A stretch of 64,000 bases of DNA, from NCBI GenBank assembly GCA_030867685.1, contig JAQOWU010000008.1:124001-188000 (forward strand), read 5' to 3'. Positions within the stretch are counted from its first letter, which is position 1. The number at the start of each line of letters is the position of its first letter. The stretch is from Wickerhamiella versatilis. Its lineage: Eukaryota. The position numbers and the translations under genes were made by a program. Positions 1 through 10,344 of this stretch are shown here, one piece after another. Below the pieces are notes generated by a model that searched no databases, was not told the DNA's origin, and was given only the letters and a program-made list of their open reading frames with translations.

Positions 1-860
1 TGAGCGGATGTGAAAAACAGGGTTCTTCCATCCTTACTCCACGTGGGACAGGTAACTCCCTTAGTAGGGATGCTAATCTCTTTGGATATGTTGCCGGTAG
101 GATCCAGGCGGATCGCCTTGCCTGCGGCATAAAGTGCAATCCAAATATTACCCGCAGAGTCGACGACTGCGCCATCTACACAATCAGGCGGCTCGTGATC
201 CCTTAGCGTTCGTTTGTTACTTATAGTCCCAGCTTCAGCATCAAAGTCATAAGCGTAGGTTTTACCACATAAAGTATCATTCACGTACATGACTGTATTG
301 TCAGGGCTCCAGTTGAGTCCATTGGCACAAAGGAAACCTTTGTCCATAAGGTGAAGGGAACCATCTGGATCGTACCTCCACAGATTTCCTTGACCTGATT
401 CTGGTGCGGAAAACACATAAACTCCCCTCTTAGCCTCCTCTATTTTGGTAAACACAGGCACGATATCCAGCTCACCACCCCAAAGGCGACCCTTACAATC
501 CACAGCACCATCATTGAGACGTTTCAGCTCTTTTTCACTGTCAGGTAATATTTTTTTCAATAATTTTGCCTGAAAGGTTGTGCAATCGAGTAGAGCCACA
601 CCCTGATGGTACAGGCCCACAGCGGTTTGGGGCTTGCCTTTCACAAACGCATGCATCGTCAGACTGACTTCAGTATCAAAGCATTTCGTAGGCCTCGACT
701 CATCAACAGAGCCTGTTGCAGGATCAATTGGTAACACGAAAGACTTACTACGTACGAAGTCATGGAATTGTAAAGTATTATCCGACGGGGAATAGATAGG
801 GCCTTCACCGATCTCTGTCGGCGGGTTTGGTATGAAAAACAGTTCTGCACTGGCAACCAT
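1..860 (-). CDS. SMP-30/gluconolactonase/regucalcin-family protein; 3' end runs off the window
   Basis: Not in the ORF track because there is no stop inside the window. Manual translation from ATG 860 gives MVASAELFFIPNPPTEIGEGPIY...RLNDGAVDCKGRLW...ANGLNWSPDNTVMY...DGAVVDSAGNIWIA...VTCPTW, which contains the GEGP, NDG, NG and DG motifs of the family. Confidence 0.9.
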   Translation of the reverse strand, partial: MVASAELFFIPNPPTEIGEGPIYSPSDNTLQFHDFVRSKSFVLPIDPATGSVDESRPTKCFDTEVSLTMHAFVKGKPQTAVGLYHQGVALLDCTTFQAKLLKKILPDSEKELKRLNDGAVDCKGRLWGGELDIVPVFTKIEEAKRGVYVFSAPESGQGNLWRYDPDGSLHLMDKGFLCANGLNWSPDNTVMYVNDTLCGKTYAYDFDAEAGTISNKRTLRDHEPPDCVDGAVVDSAGNIWIALYAAGKAIRLDPTGNISKEISIPTKGVTCPTWSKDGRTLFFTSA

Positions 861-957
861 AGATGCGTCTTGTAATGACTGTTGTGGAGCAAAATCCCAG
901 TTTATGTTCCTTCATTCCCCGCACAGAGCCCCACCCTGCCCAGATGATTCAGCTAGC

Positions 958-2463
958 AACCAGTCTCAGGTAGTTTAAAATTTAGCAATAACTAGTGCCT
1001 TTGAGTCTCCTTGTTTTTAGTTATTCAAAATCTACAATATAGGAGCGTTAGAAATTGCTTTGTTATTTTGTATCAGAAATAACCCTTAGTATTTCGAGAG
1101 TTCAGTCGTGACAAGGATATCGAAGCACTCCTACCGTTTGATATAGTATTCGCTCTTATGATTTATCTATTTATCTCCACTATCAAAAGCAAATTAGACT
1201 TTATAAATGCCGCATGACTTAGAAGTACCGATATTAGGCCAATATTTATAAGGCTTCTGATCAGGGATAGTGTAGTTTGGTGCTCAGAAAGCGTTCTTAC
1301 AACACTTTTTCTTTTCTCCACTCACTTGAAGCTGGCCGATAGTCAGTATGGTGAATGCTGTGTTATGCTCCGGCATCTTGGGGCACATGCCCCCGGTCAC
1401 ATCCCTTACCCATGGAACGCTGGCTCAGAGAAACCCTAGCTATAGCGAAGCTACTACGAATTGTCTCATCAATCGAGATATCAGAATTGAACGGTAGTTT
1501 TTTTACTATGAGTTTATTATTGTAAGTTAAAGTTGACGCTTAATGAAGTTAGAAAGCTCATTAGCTCAATACAGTAAGATTTACTTCATTTCCCGAGATA
1601 CCCCCGGTTGAAATAGGCGACAACTCGCAATCGTAATGTGATAAAAACTCAATGTAGAACTCAGATTTACCATTAAATGTGATTGATCCGTCATCAGTTA
1701 CTGCCCAGGTTGACTTAGTTGAATTGAAATCAGTTAGCATAAAAGCTTCCTGATATCCACCTGAGGCTTCAACGTAATTTTTTGGTCCAGGTTGTGACAG
1801 ATCGACTAGCCTTCCTTTATAAATTGCAAATTCATCTCCATAATCAGAAAAGACGCTAAAACTTGCTTCGTCGTAACGGAGTTTTGCTGATGAGACCGAA
1901 TTCGCGGCGCAGGCTACATAACCCCTGTAACTGCTCACGGAAATGTTGAACGGACTAGTAGTCCAATTTCCCGTCGCACCAGCACAGGAATTCAAGGTGA
2001 AAGCAGAAGCTAAAAGATTTGAAAGCTGCATTTCAGAATATTTCTTCTTTGGTATTTCTCGCAGGGGTGGACGTAAAAATCCGATCGGATGACAAATATA
2101 TAATCTCGCATAATCCTGCTTGTGGTCGGCAGTTTATGAAAATCTTATCGCCTGTCTGATATTTAGATATATCTTAAATATTGCGAGTGATAAAATGCCT
2201 ATGTGTTTTGTTTTAAGCTAAGAAACGTTTAACAAATCGATCTATACCATACCTTTGATGACAGTTCAGCGACGATCACAGCGTAATCAGACTTCTGAGT
2301 CGAAAAAAATTGGCTAGTTTGTTATACTTAAACTAAACGCATTTGTGGTATTAGAGATAGCAATATCTTTGCTTTGTCGAAATATTTCCGTACTTTGTTT
2401 CTTTGAAAATCATCTGTTGCAGTAACCTTTTATTATTCTTATCACTTTGCCACTCGATTCAGC
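958..2463 (+). repeat. Copy 1 of a ~1.5 kb direct segmental duplication (copy 2 at ~17943-19455)
   Basis: Colinear high similarity across coding and non-coding sequence. Shared stretches include acaatataggagcgttaga and ttcgagagttcagtcgtgacaaggat, and both copies end ttattattcttatcactttgccactcgattcagc. Confidence 0.95.
1561..2031 (-). CDS. Small secreted protein (156 aa), probably related to PhiA/Pga31-like cell-wall proteins; paralog of 18545-19018
   Basis: Signal-like N-terminus, N-glycosylation sequons and two mature Cys. The WAVTDDGSITFNGxxxFY motif is present, and the ORF is intact in both duplicate copies. Confidence 0.8.
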   Translation of the reverse strand: MQLSNLLASAFTLNSCAGATGNWTTSPFNISVSSYRGYVACAANSVSSAKLRYDEASFSVFSDYGDEFAIYKGRLVDLSQPGPKNYVEASGGYQEAFMLTDFNSTKSTWAVTDDGSITFNGKSEFYIEFLSHYDCELSPISTGGISGNEVNLTVLS

Positions 2464-2805
2464 TAGCTATCAACGTGTAACATCAGGAATGAAGCAGTAA
2501 AAAACAGTTAGCAATCGAATGTAGACCATGGAAAAGCAGTTAGGGAACATGAGGTGTAAGGTCAACATCGTTATACTCAGAGGTCCTTTCTGTCTTTCTA
2601 TCGACTCTATCACTATCCTATTAGTATATATTGATAATAGATCTCCTCAACTCAGATCGATGATTAGACTGCTCTCCGCTCTGGGATACTGATGCAAAGG
2701 AAACAGGATGCATCATTTGCGTATATTTGAGACCATCTTTAGTTGTTTCCGATTATCCCCTTCGGAAAACAACCACTATATGTATCAACATATACTGTAT
2801 CTTCC

Positions 2806-2925
2806 AGCTACGGCCATATCCAGCAGGTAACTGGGCTTCCCGTCCGATCAGCCATACATAAGCTGCTGAGAGCCTGATTCAGTATTACGGTGGGAGACCA
2901 CGTGAGAACGGCAGGTGCTGTAGTT
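2806..2925 (+). rRNA. 5S rRNA gene (dispersed copy)
   Basis: About 120 nt. The 5' agctacggc pairs with the 3' gctgtagtt (helix I). Conserved ccatatc, cgtccgatc and agtattacggtgggagaccacgtgagaac are present, followed by an oligo-T Pol III terminator. Confidence 0.95.
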
Positions 2926-3747
2926 TTTATTTTTACTTTTTGTATCCTGTATGGCAGAGTTCTACCCAATTATCAATTCTATGGTCTGATTTTATTGAAA
3001 GGTTTTGGATAGAGAGAGTTAATACCAGTAGACAATTAGAAATTGATTATGCTTCGGGAATGCAAGATACCCTAATGCTATTTCATATTTCGTCCAATTA
3101 ATCACATTCAAGCAATACTGAAGCCAACCTGCTGCGATATCTATGCGAAGAATTTCAAATATTAACCAACTTAGAATTATCGGACGTACCAAGACAAGTC
3201 CTACTAACATTCATAATGTGGCGTATCATACTATAGAACTAGTAGTCTGAAAATGTAATCTGACATGGAAAATCACATCATTACTATAGTGAGGTACCAC
3301 AATTAAGTTGCACCCCGATAAACCAAATACATATTGAAGCCGTAGCTTATAGTGTCCAGGCTAGATTTCGGCAAAGACCACAACAAATATTGGATCTATT
3401 TGACTTAGTTTTCTTTCACAGCTTACCACAGGTCCTAAAGGTAATGGGTTTGAGCACCTCACTAATGCGAGTTATCTTGTGTTGTATTGTTCAAATAGCG
3501 AATAGCGCTCGTTGGCTACTAACACATTGCTCATTCTAGTCCCACGACTTACGATGAGACAAAGAAATGATGCACAGAACTAGGAATATACCGAAAATTA
3601 TTCAGTCAGAAGCCCTGAAACTGTAGGCTACTTCGTATTGTTCAATCACTTATGTGATTGTTACTAATATTCGCGTATCCATATTTACATCCTATGCTTT
3701 TATCCTTGAAAGAGAGGATGTGTCACTACATCAGGCTGGGTGGAGGG

Positions 3748-5274
3748 ATGCGGTCACCTAAGAACAGACTGAGAATCACAGTTGGTATACTCATCACCTT
3801 CGTCATTGTAACAGTTTTGCATTATGTCACAGAGGAGTATGATCTTCCCTATAGGATCACATCGCCCATTCTAAACTCCGGGGGAGATGGCGCAACTCGA
3901 TTGGATTTAATAAGAGCAGTAAAGAGAATGGCTGAGCTTCCCTGTGATGTTTCGAAACTTGCGAGGTACGAACGAGAAATTGGCCCAGATATAAACAGCT
4001 TTCAAGAAGACGGCAGCTTACGGGCAACGAGCGAGGAGCTCAAAAATTACCTTCAGGTTAATGAGAATGAAATTCGAAAGTTACGTAAATTGCATGAGAA
4101 AGTTATCAGAAGAATTCCATCAAAGCTCAAAAACAATGAATTCAATGGACGAGGTATCGTAATTAGTGCAGACGGTGTCTACTTTCCATCCGCGCTTGCT
4201 ACAATTAAATGGATTGGATCAAGGGGCTATCAAATACCTATTGAGCTCTTCATTGGTAGGAGAAATTCTTGGGAAAGAGCATGCGATGATCTCCTTCCCT
4301 CCATAAATGTGAAATGTAAGTGTCTTGAAGATCTCTATGGGAAATATTTTAAAACTTTGGGGAACGCTGGTGGATTTTTATATAAGCCTCTTTCAATCCT
4401 CATGTCTGACTTCGATGAAATATATTGGACCGATCCAGATTCCTTACCTCTTGTCGATGTTGAAGAATACCTTAAAGAACCGCTATTCCAACAAATTGGA
4501 TATATATTTACTTCTGACTACTGGCCCCGTACAACATCTCCGCATTTTTATAATATAACCAATTTGAAGCTTGGACCGGATGATTACGGGTCTGGCAAGA
4601 AGCTGAGACAAATTGATCGTGAGAACGCTATATCAGGGATGTCTTCGGAGAGTGGACAATTTTATGTCAAAAAGTCTACTCATTTCAGATCCCTCGTTCT
4701 ATCCCTTTATTATAGCGTGAAGGGAGAGATATGGTGGCCACTTTTAAGCCAGGGTGCACCGGGTGAAGGGGATAAAGAGGTGTGGCCAGCAGCAGCTCAG
4801 GTTCTCGGGGAATCTTGGTACCAAACCCATACAAAGCCTCTAGAAGCTTAATATAACGAAAAAGGAGAAGTACATGGATTTTGTATGGTACAACCAGATT
4901 TCGTGCGGGACCACGAAATACATTTTCATGCTCGTGATCATTTACCAATAATATATATGGCTGCCCATTTCAACATGCTAAAGCTCAATGTTCAGCGTAC
5001 CTTAGGGGAGAATGACGAAGCGATTCCTCAGGCCAGATTCCTTGGAAGTTTGTCAACTTTTCAACAGGCGACTAATCTGACAGGTGATATTGAATTAGAA
5101 ATATGGAAGGCATCTCGTGATTCTGCTTGCGATTGGGTGGTTGAAAAGGATCTAGTACCTATAAATTGGGGTGATATGTCGTCTGCATCACGTTACTGCG
5201 AAGCACTGCGTGAAAGGGTAGAGTTTTTAATTAGCAATCCAGAAATTTCTGCACCACCAGGTACTGAACCATAA
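3748..5274 (+). pseudogene. MNN2/MNN5-type alpha-1,2-mannosyltransferase (GT71) interrupted by one in-frame TAA at 4849-4851
   Basis: Type II TM after ATG 3748. Motifs GRGIVI, KPLSIL.SDF, DxD (DPD), DYW, SESGQ and QGAPGEGDKE are present. ORFs 3658-4851 and 4885-5274 are in the same frame and read ...PLEA*YNEKGEVHGFCMVQPD. Confidence 0.8.
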
Positions 5275-5570
5275 CAGTAATTTGTAAATTCATTATTCAT
5301 TGAAACGCTTTAAATCAGAGTGTATACGAACTTTTTTTATCATTAATGTGTAGATTACTTGCGTATTTGGGCTATCTTGCACTACCCAATCAGCAATGAC
5401 CAATTTTTATAAAATGAAGACTACTTTTCCAACACAGCCTAAGCATTCGCATTTTCATTAAATATGTTTAATCAGTAGACGTCTAACTGCGTACTTTTGT
5501 CAACGATCGAGGTTCCTTAAATGTACGGGAGGTATAATTAGGTTGTTTTTCTCAAATTAATAGCAATATT

Positions 5571-7112
5571 TTACTGCTTCACGAACTGGTCTCCGTGTTC
5601 CTTGTAAAGGGTTTGTGTGCGAAGTACAACATTGTCCGACGAACGAACAAAATTCAACTTCAGGTTTTGGTCATCATGAATCTCGACCCGGGTATACATA
5701 TATGCGTCACTGTTTGCCCAGTCAAGACCAGGGAACCAGGACCCATCAGTAATCGTTGTTTGTCCCTCAATATTTCCTGCACCACCAGTAATCACATACA
5801 CCGGTGCCTTAGGGTTCTTATATTTGGCGTCATCCAATTCGCCCTTATACTGTGGTGCAATCAACTGGGTATTATGAACGTGTCCAAAAACTGCAAGATC
5901 AACACCGTACTCGTAGAACAAGCTTTCAAATGCGTTCTGAGCCTCGACACTTTGTCCTCCGTACCACGGACGATGACCACCGACAATAACCCAGGGAGTA
6001 AGAGCACGATCCACAGATTCCAAGTCATACTTCAACCAGTTTACCTGCTGGTCAGCCTCACCAAACGGGCCGTCATTCATTCCGTAACCGTCAGAGGCGG
6101 TTGAGTTTACACTATCCGGGGCATTCTTGAAATCAGTCTCAGTATTGATAGAAACGTAATGAACAAGTCCATAGTCAAACGAGTACCACATAGGTGCTTT
6201 TGACATGCTATTGGCCTTTTGACGATACGCCTTAGCACGCGTGCTGTTCGAGGTGGAGTTGAAACCGGAGGTAACAGCGCCAAACCTAGTTCGGAAGTCA
6301 GTGAAGTTGTTCTGGCCCAAGGGACAGACAAAATTGGCCCATTCAGCCTCCTGGCAATTACCTTCATGGTTTCCTGGGCCGCCCATGTAGGGCTTATTGC
6401 CAGAGATAGGGGAGAGTTGAGAAAAGAACTGCTCCAGGATAGCTTCATAGGACATTTCACCCGCCATAGCATCATAAAAATTATAATACCAATCGTCCGC
6501 ATAGGCATAGTCACCGATATGCGCCACCCAGTCATACATATCTGCGGTATCTTGAAGGGACTCAATAGTCAAGTGATAGGGCGGCGTTCCGTAGATGGGG
6601 TCAGCTCCAGTTGCGGCAGAGCCATCACCGTAGGGATCCATACCATCCTCACCAACAAGACCCATATCACCATAAATTGTGAAATTGAAAGGCGAGTTAT
6701 CTCCTGCTGCAAGTGCGGTCTTGAAGGAATTGACTTTACTCGCAGTGGAGTTTCCTGTTTGAACCTCATAGTAATAAGTGGCGCCCGATTTAAGTGGGCT
6801 AAGTTTGACATGGTTAAAATGTACACGGGAAGTTGGGTATGTAACCGAGACATTGCTGCAGGCCTTCTCTGTTAAGTTGCCTTTCGAAGTTCCGTAGAGA
6901 ACACATGACTGGTTCTGCTTCGCATAGGTGCTCCAACTAACTACTACCGAGTCAGGGGAGTCAAATGTGACAAGACGGGCATAAGGACTGGACTTATCCT
7001 CAGGAATTGTGGGCCACACATTGTGCTCCTCGTTTGCAGGACGGTTCTTGACAGGGGGAGCCTGGCTGTACGCCGCAGCGAGTCCGAGTAGTAGAAAGTT
7101 GCTAAACACCAT
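5571..7112 (-). CDS. Secreted purple acid phosphatase (metallophosphoesterase with N-terminal FN3-like domain)
   Basis: All five PAP metal-ligand blocks are present: GDMG, GDYAY, GNHE, GGHRP and GHVH. A signal peptide follows ATG 7112. Confidence 0.93.
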   Translation of the reverse strand: MVFSNFLLLGLAAAYSQAPPVKNRPANEEHNVWPTIPEDKSSPYARLVTFDSPDSVVVSWSTYAKQNQSCVLYGTSKGNLTEKACSNVSVTYPTSRVHFNHVKLSPLKSGATYYYEVQTGNSTASKVNSFKTALAAGDNSPFNFTIYGDMGLVGEDGMDPYGDGSAATGADPIYGTPPYHLTIESLQDTADMYDWVAHIGDYAYADDWYYNFYDAMAGEMSYEAILEQFFSQLSPISGNKPYMGGPGNHEGNCQEAEWANFVCPLGQNNFTDFRTRFGAVTSGFNSTSNSTRAKAYRQKANSMSKAPMWYSFDYGLVHYVSINTETDFKNAPDSVNSTASDGYGMNDGPFGEADQQVNWLKYDLESVDRALTPWVIVGGHRPWYGGQSVEAQNAFESLFYEYGVDLAVFGHVHNTQLIAPQYKGELDDAKYKNPKAPVYVITGGAGNIEGQTTITDGSWFPGLDWANSDAYMYTRVEIHDDQNLKLNFVRSSDNVVLRTQTLYKEHGDQFVKQ

Positions 7113-7200
7113 AACTGACTCTTTTACTGATAAATTCACACAATCTAGCTCTTTATATAGTGGGTTTTGTATCGCAACCCTCTTAGATGAATTTGGTAAC

Positions 7201-7206
7201 CACGTG
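7201..7206. promoter_or_regulatory. CACGTG E-box (Pho4/Cbf1-type) about 90 bp upstream of the phosphatase ATG
   Basis: Exact CACGTG. The context fits PHO regulation, but a hexamer alone is weak evidence. Confidence 0.35.
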
Positions 7207-8305
7207 GTTGATCTCTGCCATAATCAAATTGAGAATAACACATTGATGAAGCGCAAAAAAAAACTACAATGGAAAAAAGGAAAATCAAAACATGACAATG
7301 CTGGTAATTTCGGCATCTAATTCATTTAAAGGTAATCTTGGAAGCTACTATTAGTGTCTTCCGTCAGGTAAGACCTATAGCTGCACAAGGTTTATTGGAA
7401 ACCCTACGCCTAGAATCTAGCCAATCAATTTTAAGTAATTCTTGGTTGAGGTGCATCCTACTCAGGTATAATCGAATAAAACTGATATTCCATGGTTTAA
7501 TCTCCCTTTTATTATGATCTATAATTATATTGTTTTTATTTGAAAGCTCCCTAGCGTTTCTAATAGCAAAATAATAGCTTCTGTGTTGCTATACTAGCCC
7601 CAGCCCATTAGTTAGATAATAAACTCGTAGTCAGCACAGCGGCCTCAGATTACCTTAATCCGGCTGTTGCGTTTTGCTATTTCTATTTTTCTAAATAATG
7701 GCGTTAGTGCCCTCTAGAAAAATGCGATATTATCTTCGAGCATAGAGTGGCGATATAAGAGTTGGTCTCGTCTATATAGTAGAGCCCCGTTGGCATAATA
7801 AATAAAACTATCGATCTCTTCTCGTCACCTATACTCGTGAGATCCCCATCTCAATCTAATGAACTACCGAGCTATATTTCACTTACAGCTGCAAACCCAT
7901 ATCGGCACTAAAGGCACTCATATAAGGAACTTAAACAAACATAGCGTGGTTTTTCTATTATCGGAATTTTTGAGTGACTTAATAATATTATTTTTCATTT
8001 TAATATTTCACCCGTAGATAGTCGCTGGGCCACGTATTTTTTCCTGATAAAGTGAAGCACAATCAAGAGATATCTTATTCCTGTTGAGAGTACAATTCAA
8101 ATTGGCTACTGAGGTGACAGCAAATCCCGGATATCAATCCATTTTACAGAAGGTTGCCAGGATATAGTGACAAATGCAGATTAACCAATAGACTTTAAGT
8201 AGGTTAATAATGATACCCAGAAGCTCTGGCCTGTATAAAGGTTAAAAACATAAATCTTGGTTTCTTTCAGGATGGTATTCTAATAACCAGCGTGAAATAT
8301 AAATA

Positions 8306-8853
8306 ATGCACTAGCCAGGTCCAATTCTTAGCCTTTTCTCGTCTTTATGCAATTGACCACACTCCTGCCTTGCGTCTCTCGTTCTGCCTCATCAACTTTC
8401 GAAAACACCGTCGAGGGCTGTCCCGAAAAACGACTAAGATCATGGTTCCAACTCCATCACAAGCTCGAAGCAAGTCATTGACACAATTGTTGATTAGATC
8501 AAATCTGGCGACGATCATGCGGTTGCTTACTCCGTCAATGCCTTGAGAACCAGCACTGACTCCCCGATTAACAATGTCTTGGACATTTTAACTGGCTCCA
8601 AGGTGGTGGTTTATGCCTCGCTCGGTGTCAAAAAGGACATTGGAAGGCTTATTCTTGGCGACTTCTTTCGGTCAGTGACCGACCATGTCAAAATTCTAAT
8701 CGGTGAACTTAGAAGTAATGCCATTGACATGATCACCAACGCTGGAGTAATGGACCTTTCAGAAACCATTGGCAGACTGAACGATATGACATCAATATAG
8801 TTCCATGTTAATGATGACAAGTATATGGGAAGGGCAAACCTCGAAGGAAATTA
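8306..8853 (+). pseudogene. Possible decayed gene relic of unknown family
   Basis: The frame of ORF 8543-8800 stays protein-like through isolated stops on both sides (SKQVIDTIVD*IKSGDDHAVAYSVNALRTS...MTSI*FHVNDDKY). A TATA-like element and an ATG lie near 8297-8308. Confidence 0.3.
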
Positions 8854-9399
8854 ACTCGATGTTGCCCTCGGCTTATCCTACTATCCATATGTCGTGTCAA
8901 ATAGTGGTGTAAATTACATGTTCAAGCTCCTGAAGCCTCACGTGTGCATCTTATTTTTTGATGGACTTACGATTGGCCGGGGCTTGTCAGTTCTTAGCGG
9001 TTTCTTTATACCACCCGTGTCCTTTTAGGAAAATGACTCCGTCGAGAAGAGGCGCTTAAATTTTTCCTTATTTCATGGGTCGACATCATTAACTGGGGCT
9101 TGTGTCAGATTATTTGCATATGGTATGAACACACTGGAGGGCAAATAGCGGATCGCAGGCTGGCGATGGATCTCTATCGTTCATGGTGCCATCACCTATG
9201 CTTGTAGCTTAATCTTATAATTGGCTTTCCCGAGTAAGATCTCTGTGTGAGAATGAGCGGGAATATTAGGTTCGAAAGCTTAAGCGAAATCAAGGCAAAT
9301 CATTGGCCATAAAAACGTTGATCATTGCAGATATTCTACTAGTTTGTAAACACTGGAAAGTATTACTTGGCAGAACAATGTACTTTTGAGTGATTGCTG

Positions 9400-9429
9400 G
9401 CGCGTGCGGTTACGCGTGCGGTTACGCGT
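9400..9429. repeat. 12-bp tandem repeat (acgcgtgcggtt x~2.5) containing two ACGCGT (MCB-type) boxes
   Basis: Sequence gcgcgtgcggttacgcgtgcggttacgcgt, with ACGCGT at 9412-9417 and 9424-9429. Confidence 0.85.
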
Positions 9430-9903
9430 CTTTTACAAAAAGCATTACGCAGACGTTGCCGAAAGACCTCCTGAGTCCACAAGCGGTTTCTATATATCCA
9501 TGGCTGGTAAGTTTATGGGGCGCCGTCACTGTCGGCATCTCTACCTCTTTGCTATCCCCCCTGGAATATTGCCATTTGAACGGGAATCTGAATAGAAGTA
9601 TGAATAGCCGATCCCGATCTACACCGCATCACACCAAATGCGAAAAGCGCTTTGCCGAGACTAGGAAAGTTGAGGGACAGTAGGAGCTATGAGACCCTTA
9701 TTTTCAATATAGAAAACCTAACACTATTTCTAATTCATTTATATTATGGTTCTGGTCTCGATGATATCTCATAGAAAATCAGTGGTGTCTGCTTCCTCGT
9801 ACCCCCCTGCAACAAGTACCCCAGCCCACTATTGCAGATCTGTTCGCACAGCAACAAGTACAAAACCGGCAGATCGTAAGGGCCTTTCAGCAGAGATCTG
9901 GTC

Positions 9904-10344
9904 ATGATATCCCGGTTTATTTCCTCGTTGACGGTCTTTGCTCTTTCCCTTGCAGACGAGACAGTTTCTCTCATCACAGAATCAAGCGAACCTGGCCTAA
10001 GTGCACTGGGACTGAGTGGGTCTCATGTCGGACCTACAACAAATATAGTTTTTCTCACGAACGAGCATAATACTTACTTCCTCTCTGACGCAGATTCCTC
10101 AATCTACGACCTCTCCACTGCTGGTCAGAGGTACAACATGACGGCCTACAAAGGCGAAAATGGTGGCGATGTTCTTTTGAACCAAGGCGTAGCGGGTATT
10201 CCCGTCAAAGCAGAGAACGGTTATCTCACGGTGGACGGGGACGAAACTTTCTATGGTTTGGACTTTGGTAACAGCACGTGGATGCTCCTGCCTGTTGATG
10301 TCACAGGTTCCTCACCTCTTAAGATTAAAGTATCTCCAGCCTAG
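9904..10344 (+). CDS. Small secreted Pga30/Pga31-like protein without a GPI tail; paralog of 60286-60924
   Basis: Signal peptide. Segments align by eye with the 60 kb protein: LADETVSLITESS vs LADYNVTLVTESS, GYLTVDGDETFYG vs KYLTVNGSTTFYA, and PLKIKV vs PVKVKI. Confidence 0.8.
   Translation: MISRFISSLTVFALSLADETVSLITESSEPGLSALGLSGSHVGPTTNIVFLTNEHNTYFLSDADSSIYDLSTAGQRYNMTAYKGENGGDVLLNQGVAGIPVKAENGYLTVDGDETFYGLDFGNSTWMLLPVDVTGSSPLKIKVSPA

Noticed and set aside
659..892. 77-aa ORF in the track
   Set aside because: Out-of-frame overlap of the real SMP-30 gene (ATG 860) on the same strand.
958..2463. The duplication as LTRs or a transposon
   Set aside because: No TG...CA ends, primer-binding site, terminal inverted repeats, or gag/pol/transposase between or within the copies.
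5595..6875. Long antisense ORFs over the phosphatase (also 46520-46966, 47368-48120, 62818-63339)
   Set aside because: Shadow frames of well-supported genes, with no motifs of their own.
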